From contig OW569350.1 in assembly GCA_937625935.1 (NCBI GenBank), positions 372,001-436,000 on the forward strand: a DNA stretch of 64,000 nt. Direction: 5' to 3'. The translations under genes were made by a program, and so were the position numbers. Shown here piece by piece: positions 1 through 11,065 of this stretch (position 1 is the stretch's first letter; the number at the start of each line of letters is the position of its first letter). Origin of the DNA: Tetramitus jugosus (taxonomy: Eukaryota > Protista > Heterolobosea). Below the pieces are notes generated by a model. The model did not search any database, was not told where the DNA came from, and saw only the letters and a program-made list of their open reading frames with translations.

Positions 1-29
1 TATTTCTTGTTTTTGAAATATATGTGCAG

Positions 30-1465
30 ATCGATTGAATCGTGTTATTGCAGTCATAACACAATTGGGTTCTGACTGTCATGGCTTGTGTCCTCATATC
101 ACCGATGCGCTTTATAAGTTCCTTCTGAATAGTTTTGGAACAGCTGACAAAAACACCAATCAGGTACTCTTAGCTGCCATGAATGTAGTTGTTGACAAAT
201 CACAAATTGAGTCTACCAAGTCATGTGAATATATTCGCGGAATTATTGGTATTATATTGCAATCAACAGGTAGTCAATCAAGTGACAAGGACACTAGTTT
301 GTTACTTGGCAAATTGTTGCATGTATTGTACCGAGGAATTTCAGAATCGGATCAACAAGCTTTATTGAATGATATTGTGTTGCTCGTGAGTGAATCTCGT
401 GTCGATCTATTCAACAGCCCCATCAGTAATTTCAAACCATTGGATGCATCCAATGGTCATGTTCAATTTATTCCAATATTTGCATCCATTTTCGTAGCTA
501 CGCGACCAGCTGTAGCAATACCAAATGTCGAGGCTCTTGCATCACAGTTAACCAACCTGTGCTTATCTGATACAGCGAATAATGATGCTATTCAAGGAGC
601 TGCTCAATGTCTGGCCTCAATTGTGAACAAGATATCGGACACAACCACACTACAATCCATCATTTCGCAACAGATTGAAGAAAGAATCATGGCTACTGCA
701 ACCAACAATCAACTGGACTCTGTTGTTCGTCTACATTCAATCGAGGCCTTGGGGTGGACTCTCAAGGGTCTTATTGCACGAGGCGTCAAGCTCAGTTCCA
801 ACCTCGCAAATACTTTGTTCACTCTTCTCAACGACTCTGATGTAACAATCTCGAGAAAAACTGCGGACGCTTTCGAGATTATCATGGCTGATTATGAACT
901 GGTGCTACACAAGAACACCCATGCAAAGATTGGTGTTCTTTACAAACAAAAATTCTTTTCTATGAACATTAGTGGGCTGTTGGAAAGTATGAGGAAAGCC
1001 AAGAGAGAACGTAGTCAAAACGAAGGTAGCATTTTATTTGCCATTGCGCACTTGATTCACAATGTGCCAAAAACCGTCATCTTGGGAGAAGTGGAACGGT
1101 TGTTCCCATTGGTGATTAGTGTCCTATCAACCGAAACTATTGACATTAGCAACAGAGAATTGATTGTTGCTGCACTCAAAACAACAGAAACATTGTTAAC
1201 TGAAGCAAAGGAGCAAATGGCATCATATATTGGTTCCATTATTCCCGTTCTACTCAGGTTAACACGGGAGAGATCATCCGTGCGTGTACGTATGGCTGCT
1301 GTTGACTGTCTCTCACACATGACAGACTATCCATTCCATCAAATATTTGTTCACAAGCAAATCATCATTAACGGATTGGAAAAGGCCTTGGACGATCCAA
1401 AACGACATGTCAGAAGGGCTGCCGTTCGAGTCAGAAACGAATGGTTCGTTTTGGCAAAAGAATAA
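30..1465 (+). CDS. MMS19: MMS19 (cytosolic Fe-S assembly HEAT-repeat protein), 3' terminal exon; the gene begins upstream of the window
   Basis: HEAT-like helical repeats, LYKQKFF motif and the MMS19 C-terminal signature LEKALDDPKRHVRRAAVRVRNEW. An acceptor TGCAG at 25-29 precedes the frame. Confidence 0.9.
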
Positions 1466-1471
1466 ACTAAC

Positions 1472-1912
1472 TTATGCGCTGATTACATTCTTGGCTGTGA
1501 CTGTTATCTTCTCATTCTTTGAAGTTGTCATTGTTGCTGTCTGTTGTTGTGGCTTCTTCTTTCCCTGTTCCTTTTTCAGTTTGGACATGCCTGCATTCAA
1601 CAGTTTATTGTCCAGTGTAGCACGAGACAACATATCGATCGCAACTTCCAACTTAAAGTTCAACAAGCGATTCTCCTCTTCGAGATCATCAATCCTTTCT
1701 CTCATTGTCATGAGTTCAGAGTGATCAACGACCTCGTATGAGCCATCTTTCATCTCCTTGAGAACATCCCACGTACCGTCCAATTGGTTCAGTCGAATCT
1801 TCATCCCATGTCCCACGGTGATTTCAATGGGAGCATCAGCAGAAGGGAGAGTGTTGCTTGGCTTGTCCTTTGGAGCCAAGAACATACGCTTTAGCTTGAC
1901 AATATTGATCAT
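1472..1912 (-). CDS. CBY1: Chibby-family coiled-coil basal body protein
   Basis: Short beta region ending DGTW, then coiled coil LEEENRLLNFKLEVAIDML matching the Chibby EENNLLKLKxxILLDML motif. First ATG at 1912. Confidence 0.7.
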   Translation of the reverse strand: MINIVKLKRMFLAPKDKPSNTLPSADAPIEITVGHGMKIRLNQLDGTWDVLKEMKDGSYEVVDHSELMTMRERIDDLEEENRLLNFKLEVAIDMLSRATLDNKLLNAGMSKLKKEQGKKKPQQQTATMTTSKNEKITVTAKNVISA

Positions 1913-2104
1913 TTCTAACAAGAGGTGCTATGTATGGTTACAGATGGTTGTTCTTTTTGTTCAGACAAAAGTGAGTCTTCTGTAGTTGGACAAAACGTTC
2001 GGCGCGGGCGCCAAAGAAAACGGAATGATCGGAATTTTTTGAGTTGTTTTTACACTCGTTTATTATGATTCAATTCTTGTTCTATAGCACAACCCACACA
2101 GTGT

Positions 2105-2296
2105 TTAGTGATGTCCACCATGTCCTCCATGACCATGTTTCTTTGTTCCGAAAACTTGTTCATATCCACAGTAGAGAGCGAACAAGCCCAATCCAATGCC
2201 GAATCCTGGCCATATGTGTCTGTATTCTCTGATTGATCTTGGGTTGAAGTTAAGGTCTGGATGCTTTCTCCATCTATCAAAATTTTGGAATACCAT
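2105..2296 (-). CDS. NDUFB3: Complex I accessory subunit B12 (NDUFB3-like), 63 aa
   Basis: DRWRKHP...RHIWPGFGIGLGLFALYCGYE resembles plant-type B12 (DEWRKHP...RHALPGIGIG). Single TM and His-rich tail. True ATG at 2296; the longer track ORF runs through a tRNA. Confidence 0.8.
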   Translation of the reverse strand: MVFQNFDRWRKHPDLNFNPRSIREYRHIWPGFGIGLGLFALYCGYEQVFGTKKHGHGGHGGHH

Positions 2297-2383
2297 TTTT
2301 TGTGTTGTTTTGGTTGTTGGATAATTTCTTTCGGTGTTTTTTCGTTTGTGCAAGATTACTCCGCTCCAGTTTTGGAAAAGGTT

Positions 2384-2466
2384 CGCATTGAACAGGATTC
2401 GAACCTGCGCACCGTTTCCGGTATTGGATTTCAAGTCCAACCTCTTGACCGCTCGAGCATCAATGC
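2384..2466 (-). tRNA. tRNA-Ser(TGA)
   Basis: Cloverleaf on the minus strand: acceptor GCATTGA/TCAATGC, anticodon arm TTGGA-CTTGAAA-TCCAA, long variable arm ACCG-GAAA-CGGT, T arm GCAGG-TTCGAAT-CCTGT, discriminator G, then TTTT. Confidence 0.97.
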
Positions 2467-2611
2467 TTCTCGATAAACATATCCATCAATATTACCCAAA
2501 AAGAATAATTTTCCAAAAATAACCAAGCACCAAAATACGGTCTGGTCTGTTTATTAGTCTTCAGATATCGCCCACGAGTCTTTTTGAGCCAAAACACCAA
2601 ACATCAAAACA

Positions 2612-3958
2612 ATGTCATCTAAACTCTTCCTCTTGGCAATAATTATACTATTATGTGGTCTAACTGCTTCTATTCAAGCCATCAAAACGGTCCGCATCAA
2701 TGCTGGCGCCACCACTAGTTATGTAGATACAAATGGAAATACTTGGGCTCCTGATGCACCTTATCAAAATGGATATGGTACTGTGACTTACACTGGAGGG
2801 AATATTCTGGGTACAAATGATGGTGTCCTGTTTTACAGTGATAGAACTGCCAACAACAGACGTCACCCATTAACCTATACATTTACAAACATGGACAACA
2901 GTGAATACTCTTGCAATCTCTATTTTGCAGAACAATCTACTGCTGCCTTTTCTACTTCAAGAAGAGTGTTTCATGTGTACATCAATGGAGAACGAGTTGC
3001 TACCAGTTTTGATATTTACAAGCAAGTTGGACCAACAAAGGCTCTTATCCAATCATACGACTGCTCTCCTGTCAATGGAAAAATTGAAATCTCATTTGGA
3101 TTCTTCATAGGAAAACCAAAGATTTGTGCAATAGAGATTGTTGTCAAGGATGCACCATCCCCATCTCCTGTCCCACCAACCCCTTCAGCATCACCTTCTC
3201 CAGCACCTCCATCAACCATTCCGGACACACTCCCAGGTATTGCAACATACTACTACGACTACAACACAACAAATGAAATGTTGGATCATATGCCCATACC
3301 CTTCAACAGGAAACCAGTGATTGGTGTCATTGAAAATACACCATTCTACAAACCTGAGGATTACACCTTGTTCCGAAACTCTCCATGGTCAAATCAATTT
3401 GCGGTCACATTCAACTTCTACCTCGATATTACCAATGCTGGTTTGTATGTGTTCCGTACTCTGAGTAACGATGGAACTATATTGTACTGCAGCAACAATC
3501 AATTAATTTTCAGCAACGATGGTAATCATGACATGATTAACGCAGTTACAGGACAAATTAACTTTGATCAGGGACTGCATAAATGTATTCTATACTTTTA
3601 TCAGTCAATCCATCGTTCTGGCTTTGATGTCAAGTGGAAGCCTCCAGGCGGCGCAGACTTTGTCGAAATCCCAGTCTCTTCCATGTCCTTTGCACCAAAA
3701 GAAGCTGCTCCTGTCATCCACTCTATTACTCCAGCATCGGGTAATGCAGGTACAACTGTATCAATCACCGGCTTTGGATTCTACTATCCAGCAGCTAACA
3801 CCCAAGTCTTGTTCGGCACTGTGGCCGCAAGCTCTGTCACTGTCGTTGACTCTGAACATTTGACAGTTGTCGTTCCTGCTGGTGTTCCAAGTGGACAACT
3901 CAATGTTGTTGTGAAAACACCAGTCGATACCAGTAATCCAGTTCGCTATTCTGCTTGA
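2612..3958 (+). CDS. Secreted malectin-like + Pro/Ser linker + PA14 + IPT/TIG protein
   Basis: Signal peptide; malectin motifs RINAG, LYFAE, RVFHVYING, PKICAIE; PA14 motifs SNDGTILY, NDGNH; IPT motif PVIHSITPASGNAGTTVSITGFGF. Confidence 0.85.
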   Translation: MSSKLFLLAIIILLCGLTASIQAIKTVRINAGATTSYVDTNGNTWAPDAPYQNGYGTVTYTGGNILGTNDGVLFYSDRTANNRRHPLTYTFTNMDNSEYSCNLYFAEQSTAAFSTSRRVFHVYINGERVATSFDIYKQVGPTKALIQSYDCSPVNGKIEISFGFFIGKPKICAIEIVVKDAPSPSPVPPTPSASPSPAPPSTIPDTLPGIATYYYDYNTTNEMLDHMPIPFNRKPVIGVIENTPFYKPEDYTLFRNSPWSNQFAVTFNFYLDITNAGLYVFRTLSNDGTILYCSNNQLIFSNDGNHDMINAVTGQINFDQGLHKCILYFYQSIHRSGFDVKWKPPGGADFVEIPVSSMSFAPKEAAPVIHSITPASGNAGTTVSITGFGFYYPAANTQVLFGTVAASSVTVVDSEHLTVVVPAGVPSGQLNVVVKTPVDTSNPVRYSA

Positions 3959-4019
3959 GTGGGATGTTTGTTATTGGGAATAGAAATAGGAGAATCACCA
4001 AGTAAATAAATAGTAAAAA

Positions 4020-4984
4020 ATGAACACAACAGACAACAACACGATCGAACAAGAACCAATCAATGACAACGAGACACAAAATAATAAGGATGCCAATCAT
4101 CAAAATCATGATGACACCCATGTGAGTGCCGTTGAGACACAAATCATTGAAACTTCAACAACAACAAGTGACACGATTGAAAATGAATCAATGACAACAA
4201 CAAATGATAAACAAGATGAAGTGATCAATGCAGAAAATACTGATGACGAGAAACAACAGGAAGAAGATGAAACTGAATCGTTTGAAGCTTCTGGCAGTAT
4301 CAACAGTATGTCATGTTGTGAGACACGTGTTATGTGTTTTCATTGATCAGCAAATACTAACATTCTGCGCTTTTTGTTTTTGTCAACGCAGAGAGCGAGT
4401 TCTTGAATCCGAGGCTGTTTCAAATCCTGGAGAGCAAATCTAGAAAGTTAGCTGAGAGCTTCATCTATTTGAGCGGTAGTTTACAATCGACATTGCACGC
4501 TGTAAGTCACTCACTCTATTTCTCCCCCTTTTTCTATTGTATTTGCGCGCCAAAAAAACTGTGGCGCTTACAATCATTTGTTCATTGTTCGTCCATGTCA
4601 TATACTTAATTATGTATCTTTATGCATGCGGATCATTCTACTACAGACGAGTGGAATGACGAATCAATATATGGAAGTGTATCAAAAGAGTGTATTCAAC
4701 ACGTGTGATACAGTTGATGAAGATGTGAAAACAATGAATGAATTTGTTCAAAAATGTGAAGAGCTAAATCAACAGTTGAAACAGGCCAGGGTCATGTATC
4801 ATGACATGTAAGTATTTATTCATTCTCATTCGTTAATATCTGTTCTCTCACACATCGCTCATTGTTCTCACGCAATAAATACATTCTTAACTTGTAACAT
4901 TGTAGAAAGAAGCTGAGGAACACTGTGGACGGTTTGGATGCCGTCACTCAGGAAATGTACAGGCAAAAACTCAAGCTCAAGTAA
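4020..4984 (+). CDS. BORCS6: BORC complex subunit 6 (lyspersin-like); exons 4020-4305, 4392-4501, 4647-4807, 4906-4984
   Basis: Three GT-AG introns join in frame (branch TACTAAC in intron 1). The spliced C-terminus LQSTLHATSGMTNQYMEVYQKSVFNTCDTVDEDVKTMNEFVQKCEELN matches the BORCS6 domain. Confidence 0.75.
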
Positions 4985-5117
4985 CACTTTAATATTTACA
5001 ATAAACATGTTCATGTGTACAATAAAATACAACCGAGAACAGTTTGTGTGGCGAGGGACCGAGAGCTCGCTACTAGTTGTTCGCCAAAATTGCTCAGTTC
5101 GTGAGTTGTGGACATGT

Positions 5118-5651
5118 TTAAACTTGTTTTGCCAACCAATCCAATCCTTCAAAGAGTCCTTCTCCAGAAGATGCACAAGCTGGTTGGACAAACCAATTCT
5201 TCTGCTTCAACTCTTGCAGATTGAGCATGTCCTTGATCTGTCCAGCGCCAACGGAATGTGGTAAATCTTGCTTATTGGCCAATACCAACAGAACTGCATT
5301 CCTCAAGTGGTCATCAGACATCATTTTGTGGAGTTCGTCCTTGGCTTCACCGATGCGTTCCCTGTCGTTGCTGTCAACGACATAAATGACTGCATCAGCA
5401 TTCTGGTAGTAATGTCTCCACAATGGTCTGATTCTGTCTTGACCACCAACGTCCCACATGGTAAAGTTAACCTTCTTGTATTGAACTGTCTCGACATTGA
5501 ATCCAATTGTTGGAATCGTTGTCACGTTTTCATCAAGCTTAATCTTGTAGAGTATGGTAGTCTTACCGGCTGCGTCCAATCCAAGCAAAAGGATTCTAGC
5601 TTCCTTGTTCTTCCAAATGTCACTAAAGAATGATGTAATAGTATTGCCCAT
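5118..5651 (-). CDS. ARF1: ADP-ribosylation factor (ARF1-like small GTPase)
   Basis: MG myristoylation start, [28 protein letters not shown]. Confidence 0.95.
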   Translation of the reverse strand: MGNTITSFFSDIWKNKEARILLLGLDAAGKTTILYKIKLDENVTTIPTIGFNVETVQYKKVNFTMWDVGGQDRIRPLWRHYYQNADAVIYVVDSNDRERIGEAKDELHKMMSDDHLRNAVLLVLANKQDLPHSVGAGQIKDMLNLQELKQKNWFVQPACASSGEGLFEGLDWLAKQV

Positions 5652-5733
5652 GGTATTTAGTTTTCAGATATGTCTTATGTTCAGATGTCCTTGTTTTGTT
5701 GTGAATAGAAAAACCAAGTCATTTCATTCTCTC

Positions 5734-5818
5734 TTTTTATACCTGGTGAGCCACAGGATTTATTCGTGTATCTCCTCAGTAATACAACTGAGGCAACAAA
5801 TCTGCTGGTGTGACGTCA
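5734..5818 (-). promoter_or_regulatory. Putative ARF promoter: TATAAAAA (5734-5741, minus) and CRE/ATF palindrome TGACGTCA (5811-5818)
   Basis: Exact motifs about 85 and 160 nt upstream of the ARF ATG; function is inferred. Confidence 0.4.
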
Positions 5819-5959
5819 GCGAAGCCAGATGTTCGACCACTTGTTTCTCCTCATGAAAATTGTCGTCATAGATTGGAACTCCGCCAGAACTTCGGCCTAT
5901 TTCTGCTTTGCATCAAAGGTATTCACCGACAAACAGTTTATTGTTTTTACAATGTATTC

Positions 5960-6343
5960 TCACAGATTAAACGGTGGTGAAGAAACCATCTGACTTGTGT
6001 TGTCAGGAAAAACAAATGCAAAGACGAGCTTGACGAGAACAGGTCCTTGTTTGTTCTCTTTCAACAGAGAGCACTGACCCAAGCTCGATATTTCATTGTA
6101 GGGAAAAGATTGGTGCACTTCTTCATTTCCATCAACTCCCTTTTGATTCGTGATCAACTTTGCCATAAAGTCCTTGATGATTTGTTGACCAATGGTGGCA
6201 ACACATTGATCCGATTGTGCATCGTAGAGCATGATCCGAACATAGTTGGGTGCTTGCGATTCAATGACAAATCGACCCTTGGGGATGGTCGCAGGTGCAA
6301 ATGGCTTGTCAGTCGTGAAGTCGTCCTTGTTTACTAATTGCAT
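5960..6343 (-). CDS. Hypothetical protein, 127 aa, no recognised family
   Basis: Open frame with globular composition from ATG 6343 in AAAATG context; the longer track ORF overlaps tRNA-Pro. Confidence 0.6.
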   Translation of the reverse strand: MQLVNKDDFTTDKPFAPATIPKGRFVIESQAPNYVRIMLYDAQSDQCVATIGQQIIKDFMAKLITNQKGVDGNEEVHQSFPYNEISSLGQCSLLKENKQGPVLVKLVFAFVFPDNTSQMVSSPPFNL

Positions 6344-6396
6344 TTTGTTGTTCTTTGACAACAAATCACTCCATCCAAAACAAAACAGCAAAAACA

Positions 6397-6468
6397 GGGG
6401 ACAACGGAGAATCGAACTCCGGACCTCTCGCACCCAAAGCGAGAATCATACCACTAGACCATTGTCCC
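6397..6468 (-). tRNA. tRNA-Pro(TGG)
   Basis: GGGACAATGGTCTAGTGGTATGATTCTCGCTTTGGGTGCGAGAGGTCCGGAGTTCGATTCTCCGTTGTCCCC forms a canonical 72-nt cloverleaf, followed by a TTTTT terminator. Confidence 0.97.
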
Positions 6469-6535
6469 TTCATGTTGTTAAATCCTTGAATATTTGACCC
6501 GCTCAGTTTCTCCGACGAATGAAATAGGAATGCAT

Positions 6536-7471
6536 TTATTGGTTGGTGAATTGAGTGGCTATCCGCTCTGCTGTCGAGGTAGTAATGAGTCGAATGTTTT
6601 CAGGCATAATCATATCCTTGACCTCCATCTGCAACGAAGACTCGTACACATCCAGAATCGTCTGAGGATAAATTGGTAAAAATTGTGTTTCGAGAGCCAA
6701 GATTGCATTTCTCACTCTGCAAATATTCTCCCGATCCTTGCCAGTCACCTCCATATTGACATCTTCTGATTTAGTGGCAGACATGAAGGCAACATGCTGA
6801 TGTTTTGGTCCATCTCTTGCTTTTGTCAACCAAATGTAACCATTGTTGCCCAAAATGGCTTGAACACCAAACGAAAATGTGTGAAAGTGTTGTGTGCAAC
6901 GCTTGACCAATGCTGCATGCACTCTAACAAACACGCCATTCTCCAGTTTTCCATAACGAGAACTTCTCGTTTGCAATGACAGTGTGCCATCTTGGAATGG
7001 TGAGTGAACTTCAGCCACAATCAGATCATTCTCTGCATAGAGCACTCTCATGTTCAACGCATCTTCGTGCGTTTTTCTTCTCTGTACACCACCTGGTAAA
7101 TTAACAGAACTCAACAATAGAACAGCATCTTGCTTGGCTTGAATATCCACTCTCCATTTCTTTCCTGAAATCTCCGATATTCTTCCGACAACCACATCTC
7201 CGACTTCACCATTGTAACGAGCTCTCAATGGTCTCACACTAATCAACTTATTCACACGTTCAACAATGCCACAGACACTTGCAATCAACTCGTTTGTGTC
7301 AAGGTTACGATAAGCACCATGACCACACAATACATTGGAGGCATCACCTACGATGACCTCACCAGGTGTTACAATTTGTAGCTCTTGATTCGATTCTGAT
7401 GCGGCAGTGGTTAACGATGGATCATAGTCATAATCTAGATCATCGGTCATGCTATCGATTGTTGTCGCCAT
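6536..7471 (-). CDS. EXOSC2: Exosome subunit RRP4
   Basis: VTPGE, GHGAY, RYNGEVGDVVVGRI, SSVNLPGGVQRRK, ILGNNGYIW. Confidence 0.95.
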   Translation of the reverse strand: MATTIDSMTDDLDYDYDPSLTTAASESNQELQIVTPGEVIVGDASNVLCGHGAYRNLDTNELIASVCGIVERVNKLISVRPLRARYNGEVGDVVVGRISEISGKKWRVDIQAKQDAVLLLSSVNLPGGVQRRKTHEDALNMRVLYAENDLIVAEVHSPFQDGTLSLQTRSSRYGKLENGVFVRVHAALVKRCTQHFHTFSFGVQAILGNNGYIWLTKARDGPKHQHVAFMSATKSEDVNMEVTGKDRENICRVRNAILALETQFLPIYPQTILDVYESSLQMEVKDMIMPENIRLITTSTAERIATQFTNQ

Positions 7472-8195
7472 TTTTTTCTCTTTTATGCTCGTTTGGGGTG
7501 AGAATTTTCTTGAAGGTTTACTTATTGAACGTTCAACGAAAATGGAACTCAGAAATCTGAGATGAGATTTCTCCTATCTGGGTTTTTCTGTGGTGGCTTG
7601 TGTTTGGGTAATGTTGGATGTCAAAGAGCCAGGCAGGACAGCCGTTGTTAACAACTAAGCTTCTCAAGATGATGTTCATCTCACATTGTCATCGCTCGAC
7701 AGAAGTTCTTCGGCCCTTTCATAGTCGAGCTTTTCTGCCCAAACAAAGGAGAATTTCGGTTTTTTTGGAGTGGAAAAGACAAGAAAATCTCACGAGAGTC
7801 GGTACCCAACAGTTTTTGGTATCTCGCGCCTCGAAACACGAAAACAACACAAAACGACAGGCTTTTTTTTAATTTATCGAGTCGTCATCGTCTGCTACTG
7901 ACAACAACCCCTGTTGACACAATCACCGTCATCATCATCAACAAAAATAACAGCAAAAAGCTTTTGTTGCTAAGCATAAGAAATCATTTTTTCTTTCCAG
8001 AAGAAGCAAAAAGCATCACAAACAACTGAGTTTTAATACGCCTGAAACTCTCTGTACTACATTCAATTCTCTCCCACCTACCATTTTTTGTGTTATTTTT
8101 TTCCCATTAGAAAAAAATCATCACTGAAAAAAAATCACAAGTAACGAAAGAACGAAAGCTAACAGCAAGAAACACACAACACCGAACAAAGAACA

Positions 8196-10939
8196 ATGTT
8201 GTTCACTGCTAGACCAAAAGCAAATAGTGGAGCTTCTTCTGCTAATACCACCACCAACAATCATAGTAGCAGTAATGATGTAACTACACTATCTTCCTCT
8301 CCCAGTACTCCCTCCTCTCTTCACCACAATCACCTCACCATGAATTATGCCAATGTTCATCAGAGCTCTGATGGTACATTTTTGTCATCATCACCCACTA
8401 CCACAACCATCAACACAACATTCTCATCATCCCCATCATCATCATCATCATCCATGTTGGACAATGCACCATCATCTCCCATGTCACCACTAGTTGATCC
8501 ATCTATTGCAAGAAATCAACGTGCACACCATGGAAGAACAGGTTCATTTGATCTCAGTACATTGTCTCAACAGGATGCTCAGAAGAAGGGTAAAGAAACT
8601 GAACATTTTTTGATTAATTTCTTTTTGAAAAAGGAGAATTTGAAGGCCAGTTTATTGTTGGAGCACTTGTCGCGTTACAATGACCATACGAACGGTTTCA
8701 AGGGATGTTGGCAATTTTTGTGCAACAAGTTGTATGAATTGGAATTGTCTGATGTAGAATTTTATTTGCCACAGTTGTTGTAAGTTGTCATTGATGTTTT
8801 TTTTCTCTGTGTGTGTGATTGGTTATTATTATTATTATTGTTGAATGATTGTTGTGCTCACTCGTTGTTCTGTCTCTTTGTGACCATCAATATATGTTGA
8901 CCACTACTAGAAACATTTATGTGAGAAGAGTGATTGAGAAGAAATCACCATTGGAGCGGTACTTTTTGGAGAAGAGCATGGAATCAATGCATTTCTCTAT
9001 TCGTTGTTGTTGGTTGTTGGACGCTCAGATTCAACAACTTCAAATGCTACAACAAATGTACTCTTCACCACCACCACCACAGCCTACACCAACTCAGCCG
9101 TCGTCATCACAGCCCTCAGTCGGTGCCAGTACGTCCTCTCACTCCGTCTACATAGAAGACGCACCATTGCCCACTCTAGGCAAGTGTATTCATTTGAGAT
9201 CAATGGTGGAACAAGTGTGTGTGAATCAATTGATTCCTTCATGGTACATTCCTCGATCGATTCAAGACAGGGAAGACAGCTCACAAATGGCAAACTTTGT
9301 GAAGAGCAATGTGTTTTCGAAACAGAGAAGACTCAATTATTTTAATGACGAGATGGATTTTTGGAATTTTTTGACAGATTTGTCCACTCGGTTGAAGGCG
9401 TACCCTGTTGGTCCCATCCGTAAACAGAGAATGAAGTTGGAGTTGGAACAGTTGAGCAGGTGTATCCCTAGTGGCTGCTATGTGCCACAGTGCACATCGA
9501 ATGAGGCTCATTGTAGAATTGTGCGAGTTGTGGCCAGTGAATGTATAGTATTCAGCACCAAGGAAAGAGTGCCATATTTGATTGTGGCCGAGGTAATGGA
9601 AGGTCCATTTACTGTTTCGCAACCAATGTTGGCTCACATGATGCACGGTGAGTTCTCTGAAGAACGAATCTTTAATCATCAAGTGCTCTGTTCTGTTGCA
9701 ACGATTGAATCCCCTCGAATGAGAACTCCAAATCGAACAAACTCTCTACCAACAAACTTTGAAGACGTAGACTTTGACAATTATGATAAGTCGTCTGCAC
9801 CTACACCCAATAGTATCAAGTGCAGTACTGTTAGAAAGGTTCTGTCCTCATCTCATGGCATTATCGACTCAATGGTTGACATGCCCAGCAATAGAAAGTC
9901 AGTGGAAGGTGCACTGCGCCCATTGAGAATCGAAGAAGACGATTCTGGTATTTTGTCTGACCATAAGAAACGAGTAGAAAAGGATTTGGGAGGAGAAGAC
10001 GATTTTGTAATGGTAGACCGAGACAAGTTGATTGAAGCCGATAGAAATGCGCTCCTGTATGCTGTGTTTGGAGAGAGTTGGGAGGAGAAGAAGCGAAGAC
10101 TTCAAAGAACTTCTCCATTCGGACTAGCTCCTGGATGGGGTCTCAAGGGATTCATTGTGAAATCGAACGATGATATTCGACAAGAACAATTCGCTATGCA
10201 ATTGATCAAGATGTTCCAAAAGATTTTCCTCGAGGAGAAGTTGCCAGTCTACTTGAGAACATATGCAATCACTGTGACCAATGCTGACAGTGGTATCATT
10301 GAAGCTGTCACCGATACGGTTAGTATTGATGGCTTGAAGAAAAAGTTCCCCAACTATTCTTCTCTCAAGGATTACTACACCAAGGTGTATGGTAACACAG
10401 AATCGAAACGATTCAGAAAAGCTCAACAAAATTTTATTGAAAGTATGGCTGGCTATTGTGTTGTTTGCTATCTGCTACAGATTAAGGACAGACACAATGG
10501 TAATATTCTGATTGACAGAGAGGGTAATATCGTTCACATTGATTTTGGTTTCATTCTCGGTAACTCACCAGGTGGTGTTGGATTTGAGAGCGCACCATTC
10601 AAGCTTACTGCTGAGATGATGGACGTTATGGGTGGACCTGATGGTGAGATGTTCAATAATTATTTCCGACCACTTGTATTTATGTGCTTCCAGGCTGCTG
10701 CCAAGCATAAGGAGAAGGTTTTGAGTTTGATTAGAATGATGTCAGGAATCAATTTTGCCTGCTTCATGGGTGATGCCACTGCTGCCACCACTATTAGAGA
10801 GTTAGACAAGAGGTTCAACTCTCAGTTGGACGATGTTAAGTTTGCTCAATGGGTGCGATCGTTGGTGGATGAGTCAATGGACAATTGGCGTACGAGACAA
10901 TACGATTCTTTCCAACGTTTAACAAACGGTATCTTATAA
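8196..10939 (+). CDS. PI4KB: Phosphatidylinositol 4-kinase type III beta (PIK1-like); intron 8780-8910
   Basis: EFYLPQL helical-domain motif, KERVPY, IVKSNDDIRQE, QIKDRHNGNIL, HIDFGF, YDSFQRLTNGIL. The intron joins in frame. Confidence 0.95.
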
Positions 10940-11065
10940 CAACAAGGAGCTAAACTCAACAATGACCCTATAAAAAAGAAGTATTGTACAAATAATTCTC
11001 ATGTTCCATCTGTGTTAGAACAACAAATCACTCCCAAAAAACAAAATCAAAGTGTTCTTCACACC

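Noticed and set aside
2297-2440. N-terminal extensions of the 111-aa and 157-aa (6344-6433) track ORFs
   Set aside because: They read through tRNA genes from non-ATG starts.
5770-5835. Hairpins upstream of ARF as a possible riboswitch or ncRNA
   Set aside because: The stems are short and lack TPP aptamer motifs. Promoter sequence explains them better.
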